64,000 bases of DNA, taken from contig MU053934.1 of NCBI GenBank assembly GCA_013239625.1, positions 2,498,399 through 2,562,398 on the forward strand, given 5' to 3'. The stretch comes from Lama guanicoe. Taxonomy: Eukaryota. Positions 61,569-64,000 of the stretch are shown one piece after another. The position numbers were made by a program, and so were the translations under genes. Each line of letters opens with the position of its first letter. The stretch's first letter is position 1. Under the pieces are notes generated by a model. That model ran no database searches and was not told the DNA's origin. It was given only the letters and a program-made list of their open reading frames with translations.

Positions 61569-63521
61569 GCTGAGCGGCTGACTGATGGTTTGGGAATGTT
61601 CTCAACGTCTGGGGGCTGGATGGTGGCTATTTTGGTCATCCCTTGGCATCCTCCTCTGAGCAGGTGGCAGATCTTAAAAGTCAATGACACCAAGAATAAG
61701 AATGGACCTTTGGAGCGCATCCACATGCTTACACAGGGGGAAACTGAGACCCAGAGCGGCCACGCAGCAAGAGATTCCAGAATCCAGAGCTGGATTCTAA
61801 ACTGGTGCCCTTTCCATGCATGTGAGTGAGGTGTGTGTGTGTGTACATGTGTGTGTGAGTTGTGGTAGGAGGGCACACATGAGCATAAAGGCCAGTATGG
61901 AGCTGTTGTTGTCAATGGCTTCGGAGGGCATGAATCTTGCCTCTGGTTGTGGAAGAGGATGGAAGGGTTTAGACTGAGTGGGTGTCCCCGTGAGTGATGC
62001 TAGCACTGGGCTCCGAGGACAATGCACGTGTGTGTGAGTGTGTGAGTGGGGCATGCGATCTCCCTCGTGTAGACCGAATTCTCGATCCTGTTTCTCTCTC
62101 CTCCACATTAGCAGCACCTTCCTGGTATAAGGAAGAGAGCTTTCATCACACTCCCTGCAGCTCCCTAGGGCCTTTCCCCTCTCCTTCCTGCCTGAAGCCC
62201 AGCTCTCATCTCTCAGAGCAGCTTTTTTGTTTGTTTCTTTGTTTAAATGGATTTGTATATTTGTTTTCTGCTTTCTCTTTACAAGTTCCCTGCTAAATTT
62301 TAAGTTCCCCCACCCCACCCCACCCCGTTTTTGTTGCTGTTGTTGCTTTGTTTTCACAGTTTAAAGCTGGAAAAGAATGAAAAGAAAAATACTATCTGAT
62401 TTTCTTGCAAGTAAATCCGCTTATTATATATTTACATTTATTTATAGTCTGTGGTTTTTTTATTAAAAAAAAATCACCACTTGTTTTTCCTTTTTCTTTT
62501 GTAAAAAGAAACCTTTTTGCAGTGTCATGGTTGGACCCGCTGGGCCCTGAGGGGGCTTCAGCGAGTCCAAGGACCCCCAAAGGGTCAGTGAGCCCCCTTC
62601 CCAAGGGGCTGGAGGGCCTATGAATCTGGGGGTCCACCATCGCCCCAGGGTCATCGTGTGGCCCTGAGGTGAGGGGTGAGGAGGGAGAGATGCTTTATAT
62701 CCCCCGGGGGGTGGGCATCTCCTGCCCCCAAGGACAGGAGCTTGAGGTGGTGACCCCAAGAGGCTCACCCTGAGGATTCCGGGGTTTCCGGGCATCTCAC
62801 AAGCCACCAGCAGCCATCCCTCTCCTTCCCTTCCCTCAAGGCCTAGGAAGTCATCACAGTGGGTTAAGGACCATTAAGGACTGGGAACCCCAGGGCTGGG
62901 CAAGCCCCAGGTGCACCCCCCTCCAGGCACCTTTCGGACAGGAGGGACCAAGGACTCTTGGGTCACCTGGAGGCCTACAATTGCCCCATCAACGCTGGGT
63001 GGAGCCAGCTTGCAAGCCACTGAGCTTGCCCAGCGTTCCTGGGGCATCCATCCAGAGGCTCCAGGCACCTGGCAGTGACCGAGAGGCTCACCTGGCCCCG
63101 GGGCCCTGAGTCTCCACCCCCTACTTGCCCAGGGAGGCAGAGCCCGCTTGGGGTTAAAGGGAACAGAAAAGTAACTCTCCCGCGTTAAAAAGAAAAAAAG
63201 AAAAAAAAGTAACATAAACCCCTGATATAAATGCAAAGAACAGTTCCCTTCCTTTCTGCTCCTTCTCACATTTTGCTTTAATATTATCTTGGTTCCCTTT
63301 TATTTTTTCATTTAAATTGGTTTTTATTAAATGTTAAAATAATGGTACATGGGAAATCATGCATTTGCTTTTAGATTTATTTTCTATTTTAAATTTTTAT
63401 CCTCTCTCGCTTTTTTTTTTAAAGTTTGTTTTTCCTTCCCTCGGTTATATTTTTTTCACATTTCCTATGATTTTGCTTCTTTGTTCCTCTTATATTTTGT
63501 TCTTTTTTTTTTTTAAATTTA

Positions 63522-63790
63522 NNNNNNNNNNNNNNNNNNNNNNNNNNNNNNNNNNNNNNNNNNNNNNNNNNNNNNNNNNNNNNNNNNNNNNNNNNNNNNN
63601 NNNNNNNNNNNNNNNNNNNNNNNNNNNNNNNNNNNNNNNNNNNNNNNNNNNNNNNNNNNNNNNNNNNNNNNNNNNNNNNNNNNNNNNNNNNNNNNNNNNN
63701 NNNNNNNNNNNNNNNNNNNNNNNNNNNNNNNNNNNNNNNNNNNNNNNNNNNNNNNNNNNNNNNNNNNNNNNNNNNNNNNNNNNNNNNNNN
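63522..63790. other. Assembly gap (269 N)
   Basis: Run of n. Confidence 1.
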
Positions 63791-63819
63791 CGCCCCTCCT
63801 CCCGGCTCTGCCCGGGACC

Positions 63820-63820
<1 letters not shown>

Positions 63821-63853
<33 letters not shown>
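63821..63853. repeat. (CGG)11 trinucleotide repeat in the proximal CACNG2 3'UTR
   Basis: Eleven uninterrupted units counted directly. Confidence 0.95.
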
Positions 63854-63856
<3 letters not shown>

Positions 63857-63877
63857 TGGCGAGGCCCCCCGTGGGCT

Positions 63878-64000
63878 TCATACGGGGGTGGTCCGGCGGT
63901 TGGCTGTGTTGGAGTGGAGAGAGTCTTTGTTGTCCTTCTGGATACAGTTGTGAACTTGAAGGAAGCTGTTATCCCTGTCGGAGTTGTAGGTGGCGGTGGG
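63878..64000 (-). CDS. CACNG2: CACNG2 (stargazin/TARP gamma-2) last exon, C-terminal 40 aa; gene continues beyond the window
   Basis: Hand translation [43 protein letters not shown] ligand RRTTPV; gene order FOXRED2-EIF3D-CACNG2. Confidence 0.95.
   Translation of the reverse strand, partial: PTATYNSDRDNSFLQVHNCIQKDNKDSLHSNTANRRTTPV

Larger units (their letters stand above)
60200..63877 (-). other. CACNG2: CACNG2 long 3'UTR
   Basis: Follows the stop codon; nearly TE-free, with A-rich blocks and (AC)n repeats; distal end inferred. Confidence 0.6.

Noticed and set aside
63875..63880. Programmed stop-codon readthrough of CACNG2
   Set aside because: Context is UGA-AGC rather than UGA-CUAG, and extension would bury the PDZ ligand TTPV

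Overview
Mammalian genomic DNA, most likely a camelid (inferred from five short tRNA-derived Vic-1-like SINEs). It is syntenic with human 22q12.3 and carries three minus-strand genes. FOXRED2 is complete: 8 coding exons, 18331->5455, 2073 nt = 690 aa, with signal peptide, GAGPAG FAD motif and C-terminal KEEL. EIF3D is complete: non-coding exon 1 in a CpG island near 36.1 kb plus 14 coding exons, 33609->22848, 1647 nt = 548 aa. CACNG2/stargazin contributes only its last 41 codons (...RRTTPV*) and a ~3.7 kb 3'UTR containing a 269-nt N gap. I checked every coding splice junction by hand: all are GT-AG and in phase. The remainder is ordinary mammalian repeat landscape (MIR, L2, L1, MaLR, Tigger, an ERV1-like solo LTR, microsatellites). 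I found no evidence for a wholly new gene system. The most unusual local features are a perfect 17-bp hairpin in one copy of a diverged ~115-bp tandem duplication (EIF3D intron 7), an exact 18-bp duplication of a branch-point region (EIF3D intron 12), a sense-oriented solo LTR just upstream of the FOXRED2 promoter, and an AUG overlapping the CACNG2 stop that opens a (GCC)11 poly-Ala frame. Comparisons with human proteins and repeat family names come from recall, not from database searches.
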